Of a stretch of 64,000 bases of DNA, positions 38,632 through 50,203 are shown piece by piece. How positions within the stretch are numbered: position 1 is the first letter of the stretch; each line of letters opens with the position of its first letter. Source of the stretch: the human T2T-CHM13v2.0 reference genome, Homo sapiens. The notes beneath the pieces are model-generated. The model saw only the letters and a program-made list of their open reading frames with translations. It did no database searches and had not been told where the DNA came from. The position numbers and the translations under genes were made by a program. The stretch is taken from NCBI RefSeq assembly GCF_009914755.1, contig NC_060938.1. The stretch is one strand, 5' to 3'.

Positions 38632-40007
38632 AGGAGGGCTTCCTGGAGCTCTGCCAGCCAGAACTAGAGGCTGTGGGACTGCTCTCCGGGCTACACTTTG
38701 GTACTGGAGGAGAGGTTATCTGTGTTTTTTCCCTTTATTTATGATGAAAAATATGGTGCACTTCTATTTGAGAATCATGTGCCATCGGGAAAGGTCAGAA
38801 CCCACTTCTGGAAGGAGATGCTAACGGCAGTCCATTGGTGACACTGGGACCATGCTGGCCTCAGCAGGTGCCCTTCAGACAGTGGGCAGCTGCTCCACCC
38901 ATCCTTTGGGCTCTGGCCTCCCTCCAGAGAACTTCCCGGTGGCAGAAACACTTTGGAGAAGCAGCACCGATCTTCATGTCAGGACATTCCATCAAGAAAG
39001 GCTGTCCAAGCTGTGGCCTGCATAGTCAACCTGTTTTACTCATTTGAGTGCCACCTTTCTAAATGATGGGGTGCCCACTTCAGGGAAGGTGCAGCTGTGG
39101 GAGCAGAAGGCAGGCCCCACAGTCTGTATATGACACGTGCCACTTGGCCGGTGGACCCTCAGCCTGAGGACCTCTGGAGGGGACACTGGCTCTGAGTCCC
39201 CTGTGGAAGGGGAAGCACAGTTGTTGGATGACGCGACATGGACAGTTCTCTTTCGACCAGATCCTTGTCTCCCATCGAGGGGGGATTCTGCTCTCACTGC
39301 TGCTTATGTCAGGAGAGGGTCACTGTTGCCTCCATCACCTCAGGTACGTCAGAGGAGGGCCTCAAGGAAGCCTTGCATCTCCGATGGTACGTATCCTTGT
39401 GTGTTAACCCTTGCCGTCTGTTTCCTTTGCAGGAGGACACCCTGGGCTCTGGAAGAGAGACAGCACCCCAGAAGCCGGCCAGGAATGGTTGGAGGGAGGC
39501 TATTGGTGATGTGTTCACTCTGTGTGTGGCAGATACCCCACAGTGGACCTCCTAAAGCACTGAGTGCCTCCTTGAAGGACTTGCTGTACGTGGTGTGAAG
39601 TTCAGGAACACAGTGTGGGTGTCTGTCAGCCCCTCGCAGAGGGTATGTGCGCAGATGGTGGAACAGCTGGCAAGTGTTTTCCTTTATTTGTTTTTTCTTT
39701 TGAGAATTGAGACTTTATTGAATGAATCACCATATAATCCTGTTTCCTAAGGTAAATCTATACATAAAAAGTTAGGTCCTACACCACCAATTTCTTGTTA
39801 AGAAATGGACCAAGAAATATGAACAAAACCATGTGTAACACAGTTTTCAGAGTTTTAGAAGAATGGCAAAATATACACTAGCTTGTCTCTTGATTGCCAA
39901 AGCTTAAACTCTAAAGAATAGGGAGGACATAGGTATACACTGGAAAAAAAAATGGCAAATACGTGAGGAGGATGGGAATGTTTATGACTACATGGGAGGC
40001 AAACTGA

Positions 40008-40437
<430 letters not shown>

Positions 40438-40454
40438 AGCAACTTTTTGCATCT

Positions 40455-40510
40455 AAAAGGTGGATGTTCCTTCTATGCTTACAGGATTTATGGTTAATCA
40501 CAGAGGAAGT
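40455..40510 (+). pseudogene. Truncated miR-376-family hairpin
   Basis: AAAAGGTGGATGTTCCTTCTATGCTTACAGGATTTATGGTTAATCACAGAGGAAG; distal 3' arm missing. Confidence 0.75.
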
Positions 40511-41632
40511 ACCATCAGGGAAGCCCATTCCAGGAGGAAGTGGGGAGGGGGCAGGTGAAAAAAGCGGAAGAAACCAATTAGGGGCATATGCAATTAAGGA
40601 CAAGTCCTGAGCAGGGCTGCTGCAGCCACATCCCACAGCAGGGCCTGGGGAGTCAGCTGCACCTAGAGCTGAGGGCCCGGGGCAGACACGGATGTGTCAG
40701 TTCACTAGCCTGGGTACCCTAGCCAGGCCCCTCAGGGAGGGATGCCAGCCCCTTGGAAGAGACAGTGTGTGGGCTGACCTTTCTCCCAACACAGGGGAAG
40801 AAGAGTTCCTTGGCTGGTTACTACACCTACCCCAGCTCTTCCAGGCTGCCGCTGTTTCAGTTACCAAAAGAAGACCCCTAAGCCCAGCCAGCAGCTATTC
40901 CTCAATCACATGTCCCCCTCCTTCAGGACCATCCTGGCAAGACCCACTCCTTGGGACACGAATGATGTCTGGCCACACAGAATACATGTTTATGACTCAG
41001 ACCGTCCAATTCCCTAACCAGCTATGTCCCCACTGGTTCTCAACAGGGCCTCGTGGAGGCAGCCCCGACCTGGGGGAAGTGGCCTTGCTCTGGCTGGTAT
41101 GTGCAGAATGCTTGTCCATGTAGATGTGCTTTATTTATGCCAAATCGTGCTTGGGGGCTTCGGGGGATCAGACTTGCTTCCTCAACAAGCTGTGACTGCA
41201 GGGGAGGGACTGGCTAATAGCAGACAATGGGTGTTATCTGGTCCACTCACTGATCCATTCGCCAGTAGGAGGAATGTCTAACTCTGCATGTGTGAGAAGT
41301 AGTGGTTTTCAAGTACAAGACTTTTTTGAACCAGTTCCAGCTTTAGAGAAGTGAGATTGGTGTAGGTTGTCCGTGTGTGGAATGTGAATGGAGGGTGGGA
41401 CATGGAGCATACGCTTTGCTTGTGGAAAATGTCTCCTGGTCCTCAGAACTGAAGCCGTTTTAGCGGCACTTCCTGGAGTGATGGCACCCTTGCGAGATAG
41501 GGTTTGAGTCTGGGATTATTGGTCCTTCATTTTTTGCTTTGGGAGGCATGTGTTGTCGCTATTTTGGTAAGCCTCTGCATCCACTCCACCCCAAAAATGA
41601 TTTTTCTGGAAGCTGTGATCATTGTTTTTGGA

Positions 41633-42058
41633 GGGTGGTATTAGTGGTGGTGGTGGTGGTGGTGGTGGTGATGGTGGTGGTGGTGGTGGTATTGGTGGTA
41701 TTGGTGGTGGTGGTGGTGGTGGTGGTACTGATGGTGGTGGTGGTGGTGGTGTTGGTGGTGTTGGTGGTGGTGGTTGTGATGGTGGTGGTACTGGTGGTGT
41801 TGGTGGTGGTGGTGTTGGTGGTGGTGGTGTTGGTGGTGGTGGTTGTGATGGTGGTGGTGGTGGTGGTATTGGTGGTATTGGTGGTGGTGGTGGTGGTGGT
41901 GGTACTGATGGTGGTGGTGGTGTTGGTGGTGGTGGTGTTGGTGGTGGTGGTTGTGATGGTGGTGGTACTGGTGGTGGTGGTGGTGGTGGTGTTGGTGGTG
42001 GTGGTGTTGGTGGTGTTGGTGGTGGTGGTGGTGGTGGTGGTGGAGGGTGGTGGTGGTA
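41633..42058. repeat. Compound (GGT)n trinucleotide repeat, ~425 bp
   Basis: GGT runs interrupted by ATT, ACTGAT, GTT, TGTGAT; produces poly-G/V/P ORFs. Confidence 0.97.
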
Positions 42059-42729
42059 GGGGCTGGTGAGCATCATGTTTTGCTACCTCTCTCAGTTGTA
42101 TTTAAAGAGACATTGTTTTTGACCTGTTTGCCTATTCCTCAGTCTGTCACACCAACATGACCAGTCCTGCCGATTGAAACTTTCTGGACACAAGCTTCAG
42201 TCTCTGGAAGATTCTTGGGTGTCCTTCTCCCTCCAAGGTATGTGAAGGATGCTCCAGCCCACAGTTACATGACATTGGTCATTAGGTGCCTTGGGAGGGC
42301 TTCATGGAGGCGATGTGACTTTAGGAACCTGACAGGCTTATTTTCTTTTTGTTTTTGATATTTTTCGAATTCAAAGCATAGAATCCCTACTTTGCCTGCT
42401 TTACTTGTGGCAAATTTTTGATGTACATTCACTTTTTTTTTTTTTTTTTTCAGAATTAAATGCTACTTTGGAAACGCTCTTGACCATGAAGCCTCCATTA
42501 GGGAAGAGACATTAGGGTTACCCCCACCCAGACGAGTGACAGCAGGGCAGACCCCAAACTTACGTTTGCCTGCATAGGAGTTCCATCTCTGGATGTGAAG
42601 AGGCCAGGGGTGGGCCCTGCGCTTCCCACGTGGGACTCGCAAAGTGCTCACCTGCTTCTGTTACCTTCTGTCTTTCATGAATCATGTTTGCGTTTGTGCT
42701 CTCCAGGGCTGTTCCCACTTTTCCCATCT

Positions 42730-42795
42730 AAAAGGTGGATGTTCCTTCTATGCTTACAGGATTTATGGTGAATCATAGAGGAAAATCCGCATTTT
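42730..42795 (+). ncRNA. miR-376-family hairpin, intact, not recalled as a miRBase human entry
   Basis: 5' GGTGGATGTTCCTTCTATG pairs with 3' ATCATAGAGGAAAATCCGCAT; seed identical to miR-376a/b-3p. Confidence 0.7.
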
Positions 42796-43066
42796 CAGTA
42801 TCTAAGGCTGCTTTTAAAACATTTCTGAACATTTCTGAGAGGAAGGTTAGCTCCCTCCCCCATGCGGAGAGTGATGGAAGGTGAATCCCAGAACCTAAGC
42901 TCTTGTTAGCAAGGTCTGTCCTGGGACATGCGTCCTCCACAGGGCCCATGTCACTGCCGCTAGCCCGGGAGGCCCCTGCCGACTGCACCTATCCTGTGCT
43001 GTCTTTAATTTTGATAGATTGTGCTTAGGTTCATGCTTTCCAGGACTCAATCCTTCTTTGGTATTT

Positions 43067-43132
43067 AAAAGGTGGATATTCCTTCTATGTTTATGTTATT
43101 TATGGTTAAACATAGAGGAAATTCCACGTTTT
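43067..43132 (+). ncRNA. MIR376C: pre-miR-376c (miR-368)
   Basis: 3p AACATAGAGGAAATTCCACGT. Confidence 0.99.
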
Positions 43133-43445
43133 CAGTATCAAATGCTGCTTGGAAACATTCCTGGACTGAAACCACCATCAGGGAAGAGACAATAAAGTCC
43201 CCCCCCCCACTCCAGGGTAAGTGGAAAGTCGGTGGACCTCAGAACATGTGCTGAATTCGTGCCATATGTCTGCGGACCACCCACCCGCCTTGAGGAGACC
43301 CCTCTCGCAAGCTGCCCGCTCGGCCAAGCGGCTGGGCTCCGTCGTCATTTTCTCCATGAGGCCGAATGCTCTCCTCTGTGCTATGTTACTTTTGTGTTTG
43401 ATGGATTGTACTTAGGTTCGTGCTTTCCGGGATGAAACCTTCTTT

Positions 43446-43525
43446 GGTATTTAAAAGGTAGATTTTCCTTCTATGGTTACGTGTTTGATGGTTAATCATA
43501 GAGGAAAATCCACGTTTTCAGTATC
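43446..43525 (+). ncRNA. MIR376A2: pre-miR-376a-2
   Basis: 5p GGTAGATTTTCCTTCTATGGT; 3p ATCATAGAGGAAAATCCACGT. Confidence 0.99.
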
Positions 43526-43595
43526 AAATGCTGCCTTGGGATCATGGCTGGACTGAAGCCACCATCAGGGACGTGAGGTGGGGCTGAGCCCTCCA

Positions 43596-43676
43596 GGGTA
43601 AGTGGAAAGATGGTGGGCCGCAGAACATGTGCTGAGTTCGTGCCATATGTCTGCTGACCATCACCTTTAGAAGCCC
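43596..43676 (+). ncRNA. MIR654: pre-miR-654
   Basis: 5p TGGTGGGCCGCAGAACATGTGC; 3p TATGTCTGCTGACCATCACCTT. Confidence 0.99.
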
Positions 43677-43812
43677 CCTTTCGCTGAGGAGCCAGCTTGG
43701 TGCACAGGCTGTGGTGTGTTGTCACAGCTATGCTACGGGACTGAAAACGGTTGCTTTACTGTCTTGCTTCCATTTTCCATGAACTGTGTTCAGATTTGTC
43801 CTTTCCAGAGCC

Positions 43813-43912
43813 CAGTCCTTCTTTGGTATTTAAAACGTGGATATTCCTTCTATGTTTACGTGATTCCTGGTTAATCATAGAGGAAAATCCATGTTTTCAG
43901 TATCAAATGCTG
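43813..43912 (+). ncRNA. MIR376B: pre-miR-376b
   Basis: 3p ATCATAGAGGAAAATCCATGTT. Confidence 0.99.
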
Positions 43913-44158
43913 CTTTGGAAATGTTTCTGGAAGAGACCGTAGGGCCTGAGTAGGTGCAAAGATGGTAGGCCGCACGTCGTATCTGAATGAACGGGGTATG
44001 CCCGAGAACCATCTCGAGACGCCAACTTGGTGAAGATTAAATTGTGGGTCTCGTGGTGCCAGTTCTTCCCTGGAAGCTCGTCTGCCTCATGTGACTTTCT
44101 TTTCTGATGACTCAAGCACAGGTGCACGCTTTCCTGGATGGAATCCTTCTTTGGTATT

Positions 44159-44226
44159 TAAAAGGTAGATTCTCCTTCTATGAGTACATTATTTATGATT
44201 AATCATAGAGGAAAATCCACGTTTTC
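44159..44226 (+). ncRNA. MIR376A1: pre-miR-376a-1
   Basis: 5p GTAGATTCTCCTTCTATGAGTA; 3p ATCATAGAGGAAAATCCACGT. Confidence 0.99.
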
Positions 44227-44739
44227 AGTATCAAATGCTGCTTTGAAAACCTCGGAGGACGTGAAGTCGCCATGGAAGAGGAGATGTTATCTGTACCCCT
44301 CCTGGGTACAGGACGGACAGACACAGAATTGTACTTTGTATGAAATACGCCGTCAGCTTCTCTGCTGTTTGCTCACTGCCCTTGGTGCACACATAATGTG
44401 TTGTTACAAGGCTGTGTTCTCAGTATTGCCTCATTGACCTTGAATGAAGTTTGTTCTCTGTATGTTTACCATGATTGCAATGCATTTTCTGGAATGAACC
44501 TCTTTTACTGTGACTAGTTGTACCTTAGAGAATACCTGAGTGGGCTGTCAATTTCAGGAAGGGGCACTGCTTCAGGGGCTATGGAAGGAATAGATGTGTG
44601 ATTCACCCACGGGCCTGCACTTCACACCTCGGTGTGCTGCTCTCACCATGCAGATCCCATCTGTGTCTCTAAGGCTTGCTCCTGGAGCTGGTGGCAACTT
44701 AGTCACAGAGGAAATGGCCTTCCTGTCACTGCCATCATT

Positions 44740-44822
44740 TGCTACTTGAAGAGAGGTAATCCTTCATGCATTTGCTTTACTTGCAATGATTATACAAGGG
44801 CAGACTCTCTCTGGGGAGCAAA
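44740..44822 (+). ncRNA. MIR300: pre-miR-300
   Basis: Mature TATACAAGGGCAGACTCTCTCT. Confidence 0.96.
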
Positions 44823-45072
44823 TCCTGCCTGGGAAGCCTTCTTGGGAACAAGGCTGACTCCAGCAACCTGTTAGATGGCCAGGATAGCCCTGGGGTGTGG
44901 ATGGTTGACCACAGGGCATGTGCCTCTGTCTTGCTGTTTGTGACCTGGTTCTCTGACCCTCCTCATCTCATGCTTCCTTCCAAGAACTTTCTGGAAGAGA
45001 TGCTGGCTTTGGAGATGATATAGGGTTTTCTCTTCAGACCACCTGTTCTGCCTAGCAAAAAGGGCCTACCTT

Positions 45073-45382
45073 GGCCGGGCACGGTGGCTCACGCTTGTAA
45101 CCCCAGCCCTTTGGGAGGCTGAGACGGTGGATGGCTTAAGCCCAGGAGTTCGAAACTAGCGTGGGCAACTTGGCGAAACCCCATCTCTGCAAAAAATACA
45201 AAAATTAGCTGGGTGTCATGGTGTGCGCCTGTGGTCCCAGTACTTAGGAGGTTGAGGCTGGAGGATCACTTGAGCCCGGGAGTTGGGAGGTTGTAGTGAG
45301 CCAAGATTGTGCCACTGCACTTCAGCCTGGCTGACAGAGACCCCTGTCTCAACACAATAGGTTAAAAAAAAAAGAAAAGAAC
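45073..45382 (+). mobile_element. AluJ-like element
   Basis: Full dimer; TSD AAAGGGCCT(A/C)CCTT. Confidence 0.93.
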
Positions 45383-46353
45383 AAAGGGCCTCCCTTGATG
45401 GGCCCTACTTATCACAAAGCATCCATGGGCTGCTACTCCGGCAGGTCTGCCCAGCATGATGCCAGCCTCTGAGAAGAGGTCTCGTGGTCAGTGCATCTCC
45501 CAGATACATGAAAGAATGACCGTCAGCAAAGTCAATGTCTAATGTAGATGTGGGTCATCTGGTCTACCCACTCTCCATACCTAGCCCATCCTTGGAGTGA
45601 CTTTTGGACCTCACTGTCCACTTGAGGGAAGGCCAGTCCACAGGAAGGAGGCCCCAGAGCACCCAGTGTGGCTACAGGACTTGCTGCTGGGACCTCTAAG
45701 CCCCACTGCTCTCTTAGTCCATTGGTGTCCTTTAGGGATTCTTGCCAATGGAAAGACCCTTGGATTCCTGGTGTTAGCATGTGTTTATTCAGAGAGAGTT
45801 GGCCCATGAGAATCTCATTTTCCTTTGACGAATCTTGCCCTAGATGAATACTTCTGAGTAACAACTAACTGCTCAGATGGCTTTCTGAATACAATGCCAA
45901 ATTCAGGAGAAGGGACACTTGTCATAGTGCTGCTTTGTGATTTGCAAACGGAGTGCGTTGGATTTCTGTTTCTCTTTTTTCTTTAATGATGCATGTGACT
46001 GCATCTTCTAACCTCCCTTAGCCAGTGTTCACCAGGAGGGCTTCCTGGAGGCAGTGGCTTTGGGCAGAGGCAGAGGTTCTTCTCCCAGGGTGTTTTTGCA
46101 GGCCCTAAAGGGATTTCAGCCATTTTACATTTACATTATTTCAAATGGTACAGGATTGCCTGTCTTTTGGTAACCAATCCTGTCGTGAAGAGATGCTGGG
46201 AAGTAAAGTCAACTGTATGGCAGGCCCCAGCTCCAGGGCCAGCCAGATGAGGCTTGTCACCTGGCCCCTCCCCCTTGGTCTCAGGCCTCGCAGGAGGAGA
46301 TGTCCACTCCGGCGAAGACCCGGCATAGTCCTCACCTGCTCTTTGAGCCACTC

Positions 46354-46439
46354 TTTGGTACTTGAAGAGAGGATACCCTTTGTATGTTCACTTGATTAAT
46401 GGCGAATATACAGGGGGAGACTCTTATTTGCGTATCAAA
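46354..46439 (+). ncRNA. MIR1185-1: pre-miR-1185-1
   Basis: 5p AGAGGATACCCTTTGTATGTT; 3p ATATACAGGGGGAGACTCTTAT. Confidence 0.98.
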
Positions 46440-47574
46440 CTCTGTCGAGGAAGACGCTCAGACCCTGCTGTCTCCAGGACAAAGCCTCGGATGTCAGCCC
46501 CTCTCAGGTACGGCTTGGCTTCCCTGTCTGGGAACGTGAGCTTGGCTGTGATCCTAGCCCTTGGGTTCTGCCTTCGCTCTCTGTGCTGGTTCTTCCTGTG
46601 GACTCCCTGGAGGCAGTGGGAGAGGAGGGTCCTTTTTGTGTGCACTGAGTTTAATGGTGGTTTGCTTTTTTTAAGGATAAATCACATGGATCTGCCTCTT
46701 CTCCATACCAAGTCATACCCAGAGGGCTTCCTGCGTCCAGCACTAACCTCGCACCTCTCCGGACACACGAATGGGTGGTGGATGGTGGAGCGCAGAGCTG
46801 ATGCTGCTTCTCACCTGCTACTCCCCTGACCTGCCACTCCCTGGTGGTCTCCATCCTTGAGAGAGTGTCAGCCTTGAGGGAAGCACATGGATGTCAGGTT
46901 GTTCTAAGGCAAGTTACTGGTGGAGCTCCCTGAGCCTGCCTGTGCCCTCTGGGACTGTCGCTGGACTCCAATGGCCAGTCCTCGGAGCACATTGTCCAGT
47001 GATTGCACCTGAGTGTGCCTTGGGCAGGTGTGTCTGGTCTTCAGGACTCCTTTGTCGCTAGAGTCTGACGCTGGGGCCCTCTTTTTGTTTGTTTCGAGGT
47101 AGGTACAGGTGACACATTCTTGGATCTGGTCATCTCTAGGACAACCAGCCTCAGAGGAGAGACATTGTCTCAGCGCTCTCCAGCTCTGAGAATGCCTGCA
47201 GATGCCTTCTTCTCTGATAACTCCATGTCTTGCCGGGCTGAGCCCTCACACCCTGTGCCCCTTTGGAGAAAGGTGATGGTTCCATTGTCCATGTAGCTTG
47301 TGGGTATTTGAAGCAGGTTCACCCATGCATGCTGAGCACACTGATAGTCATGCCTACCTGTTCCCTTGTTTAGAAGCCAGTCTCGCCTGCAGGGAGTCCT
47401 GGATGTGCCACCTTTCGGGGCCAGGCCACAATGTGCAAGGTGCAGGCCCAGCTCCAGGGTCAGCCAGATGAGGCTTGTCACCGGGCCCCTCCCCCTTGGT
47501 CTCAGGCCTCGCAGGAGGAGATGTCCACTCCGGCAAAGACCCGGCATGGTCCTCACCTGCTCTTTGAGCCACCC

Positions 47575-47660
47575 TTTGGTACTTAAAGAGAGGATACCCT
47601 TTGTATGTTCACTTGATTAATGGCGAATATACAGGGGGAGACTCTCATTTGCGTATCAAA
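47575..47660 (+). ncRNA. MIR1185-2: pre-miR-1185-2
   Basis: 3p ATATACAGGGGGAGACTCTCAT. Confidence 0.98.
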
Positions 47661-49296
47661 CTGTCGGAGAAGACACTCATACCCTGCTTGTCTCCAGGAC
47701 AAAGCCTCGGATGTCAGCCCCTCTCAGGTATGGCCTGGCTTCCATGTCCGGGAACGTGAGGTTGGCTGTGACGCTGCCCCTGGGTTCTGCCTTCGCCCTC
47801 TATGCTGGTTCTTCCTGTGGACTCCCTGGAAGCAGTGGGAGAGGAGGGACCTTTTTGTGTGCTCCAAGTTTAATGGTGGTTTGCTTTTTTAAGGATAAAT
47901 CACACATTGATCTGCCTCTTCTTGGTACCAAGTCATACACAGAAGGCTTCCTGTTCCCAGCATCAGCCTTAGAAGGGGGACCTGGATGTTGGATCATTTC
48001 AAGGGGAACACAGACAGCAGTGATGGTGGACCACGGAGCACTGGCTCTGTCTATGCTGTTTTCGAGCCTGGTAGGCCAGCCCCAGGAGGGCTTCCTGGAG
48101 GTGGTATTGACCTTGGGGAAGGGGCTGAGGTGTGCTCATCAGCGCTTTTTTTTTCTGATGCTTGGGTGTTCATGATCCAGCTCGCAGTCCCCAGGCTGAA
48201 TCTGTAAGAATGGTTTGCTTCTATTTGTCATTTGTGATTGCCCATGAAGGCAGCGCTGGGGATGAGCCGTGGGAGCTGTCAGCCCCGCACCAGGTGCGTG
48301 CATGTGGGAGGTCAGAGGGCGCCTGCTTCTGCCTCGATGTCTGTGCCCCGTCTCTGACTGCTGGCTTTCTGCTCACACCTAGGATGGCTGCCTGAGAATG
48401 GGACTCTTGTTCTGTGTTTGTGGAGACACTCCTTGGGCCGTGTGACTGCCGGCTTTTTACACCCCGACTGCCATGGGGGTCATCTGGACCCGAAGCCAGC
48501 TTCAGGAAGGACATTCGCAGCATCCTCAGCCCAAGGAAAGCGAACGTCCAGCTGAAGAGAGGTGAGCACCACGCCTGGGTAATGAGTCACATAACCTGCC
48601 ACCTGGACCAGGCGGCTCCCGCTCCTCTCCCCTTCTTGAAGGAGAGACCACTGTGGGGAATGGGCTGTGGGTCTGCTTCCTCAGTTACTTGGGGGTACGT
48701 GGGGTTTACTACTGTTGACCCTGTGCTCTTTCTTAGCATGGCTTCATGGCCACGATGCCAGCCTCTGGCAGGGGTGGGGCAAGGGCTGGCATGGAGAATG
48801 ACACTGGTGTCAACGGCTCTGTGAGATGGATGAAGGGATGGTGACCACAGGGCCTTTGCTTTGTCTAAGGTGTAAATTCATCCAGTGCCTGGGACCTCGG
48901 TGCTGAGTGCATCCTTAGGAAAACTTCCTGGAGAGGTGCCCACACTGGGAAGGAGATGGTGGTCCCACCCCAGGGAATTCCTATAGAAAGTGAGAAGCTG
49001 AGCTCTGCGTGTGCCCAGGAAGGCCCGTGGGGTGGATCTCCTTTTCAGGAACAAGTTCTAATCTGGAGTGATGCCTGGAAAAGAGGCTGATTCTGGTGAA
49101 GGGGCACTGGCATCTGCCCCTTCCTGGCCCCTTTGGGATGGAGAGCTGACCTATGGGCACACAGCTGGCAGGTGGTGTTTGCCACCTGGTCTGCTGATCC
49201 CGCATCTCCCACCCCCTCCCCCGCCAGGATGAACCCCGGGAGAGGAGGCCGGCCCCGTGAATGATAGTGAGGAACCTGCCCAGTGCTATTGTTTGG

Positions 49297-49371
49297 TACT
49301 TAAAGCGAGGTTGCCCTTTGTATATTCGGTTTATTGACATGGAATATACAAGGGCAAGCTCTCTGTGAGTA
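49297..49371 (+). ncRNA. MIR381: pre-miR-381
   Basis: 3p TATACAAGGGCAAGCTCTCTGT. Confidence 0.99.
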
Positions 49372-49831
49372 TCAAACCTTGTCTTGGACCCAGTCCACAC
49401 TCAGCAAGGGATGCGGTATGTGTGTGCATGACCGTGTGTATCCGTTTTGTGTGTGGCAAATCGTTCACGGGTCCCCACTTCACAGAGAGGACTTCACGGG
49501 CACCTGGATGACTTTAGGGAAGGCAGTGGCCTCTGGGACATCCCCTCTCCTGGTGCAGTGTGGGCGGGGCCAAAAGCATGCACGATGTGTGTGGTCTGGG
49601 TCCCTGCTTCCTGAGCGGGCAGTCATCAGCCCGGGCCGATGGCTGGGGTGGCGCTCGTGTGGGGTAGTGGCTTTGTGGTCCCTGCTGTTACTCGGTCCGT
49701 GAGTGTGCATGTTCTGCTTGGGGTATGTGACCCGGTCCACTAACCCTCAGCATCTAATTCATCCCCAGGACCGCGCCTTGAAGACGTACCAAGTCCACCC
49801 AAGGCAGTGGCTTTCTTTTCCGTGCTAACCT

Positions 49832-49915
49832 TTGGTACTTGGAGAGTGGTTATCCCTGTCCTGTTCGTTTTGCTCATGTCGAATCGTACAGGGTCATCCA
49901 CTTTTTCAGTATCAA
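49832..49915 (+). ncRNA. MIR487B: pre-miR-487b
   Basis: 3p AATCGTACAGGGTCATCCACTT. Confidence 0.99.
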
Positions 49916-50169
49916 GAGCGCAGACTCTGGAGCTCGATTTCCTGTGTTTGGATCCCACCTCTGACATTTACTAACCGTCCAACCTTGGGCAAGGATCTCA
50001 TCGTGCTGTGCTCGTTGTCTCACATGTCAAAGGGGAATCACATTGGCGTCCATTTCTTGGGGCTGCTGGGGCTGAACGAGTTAAGACTTGTACACGGCTC
50101 AGAGCAGAGCCCCGTGGTCGGCACTTTGTAGGTGGTAGCCAGGACCCTTGTGTGCTGTGAAACTATCAT

Positions 50170-50203
50170 TGGTGGTGGTGGTGGTGGTGGTGGTGGTGGT
50201 GGT
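50170..50203. repeat. (GGT)n microsatellite
   Basis: About 11 GGT units. Confidence 0.9.

Noticed and set aside
41516-42076. Poly-Pro, poly-Val and poly-Gly ORFs (145-186 aa)
   Set aside because: Artefacts of the (GGT)n repeat
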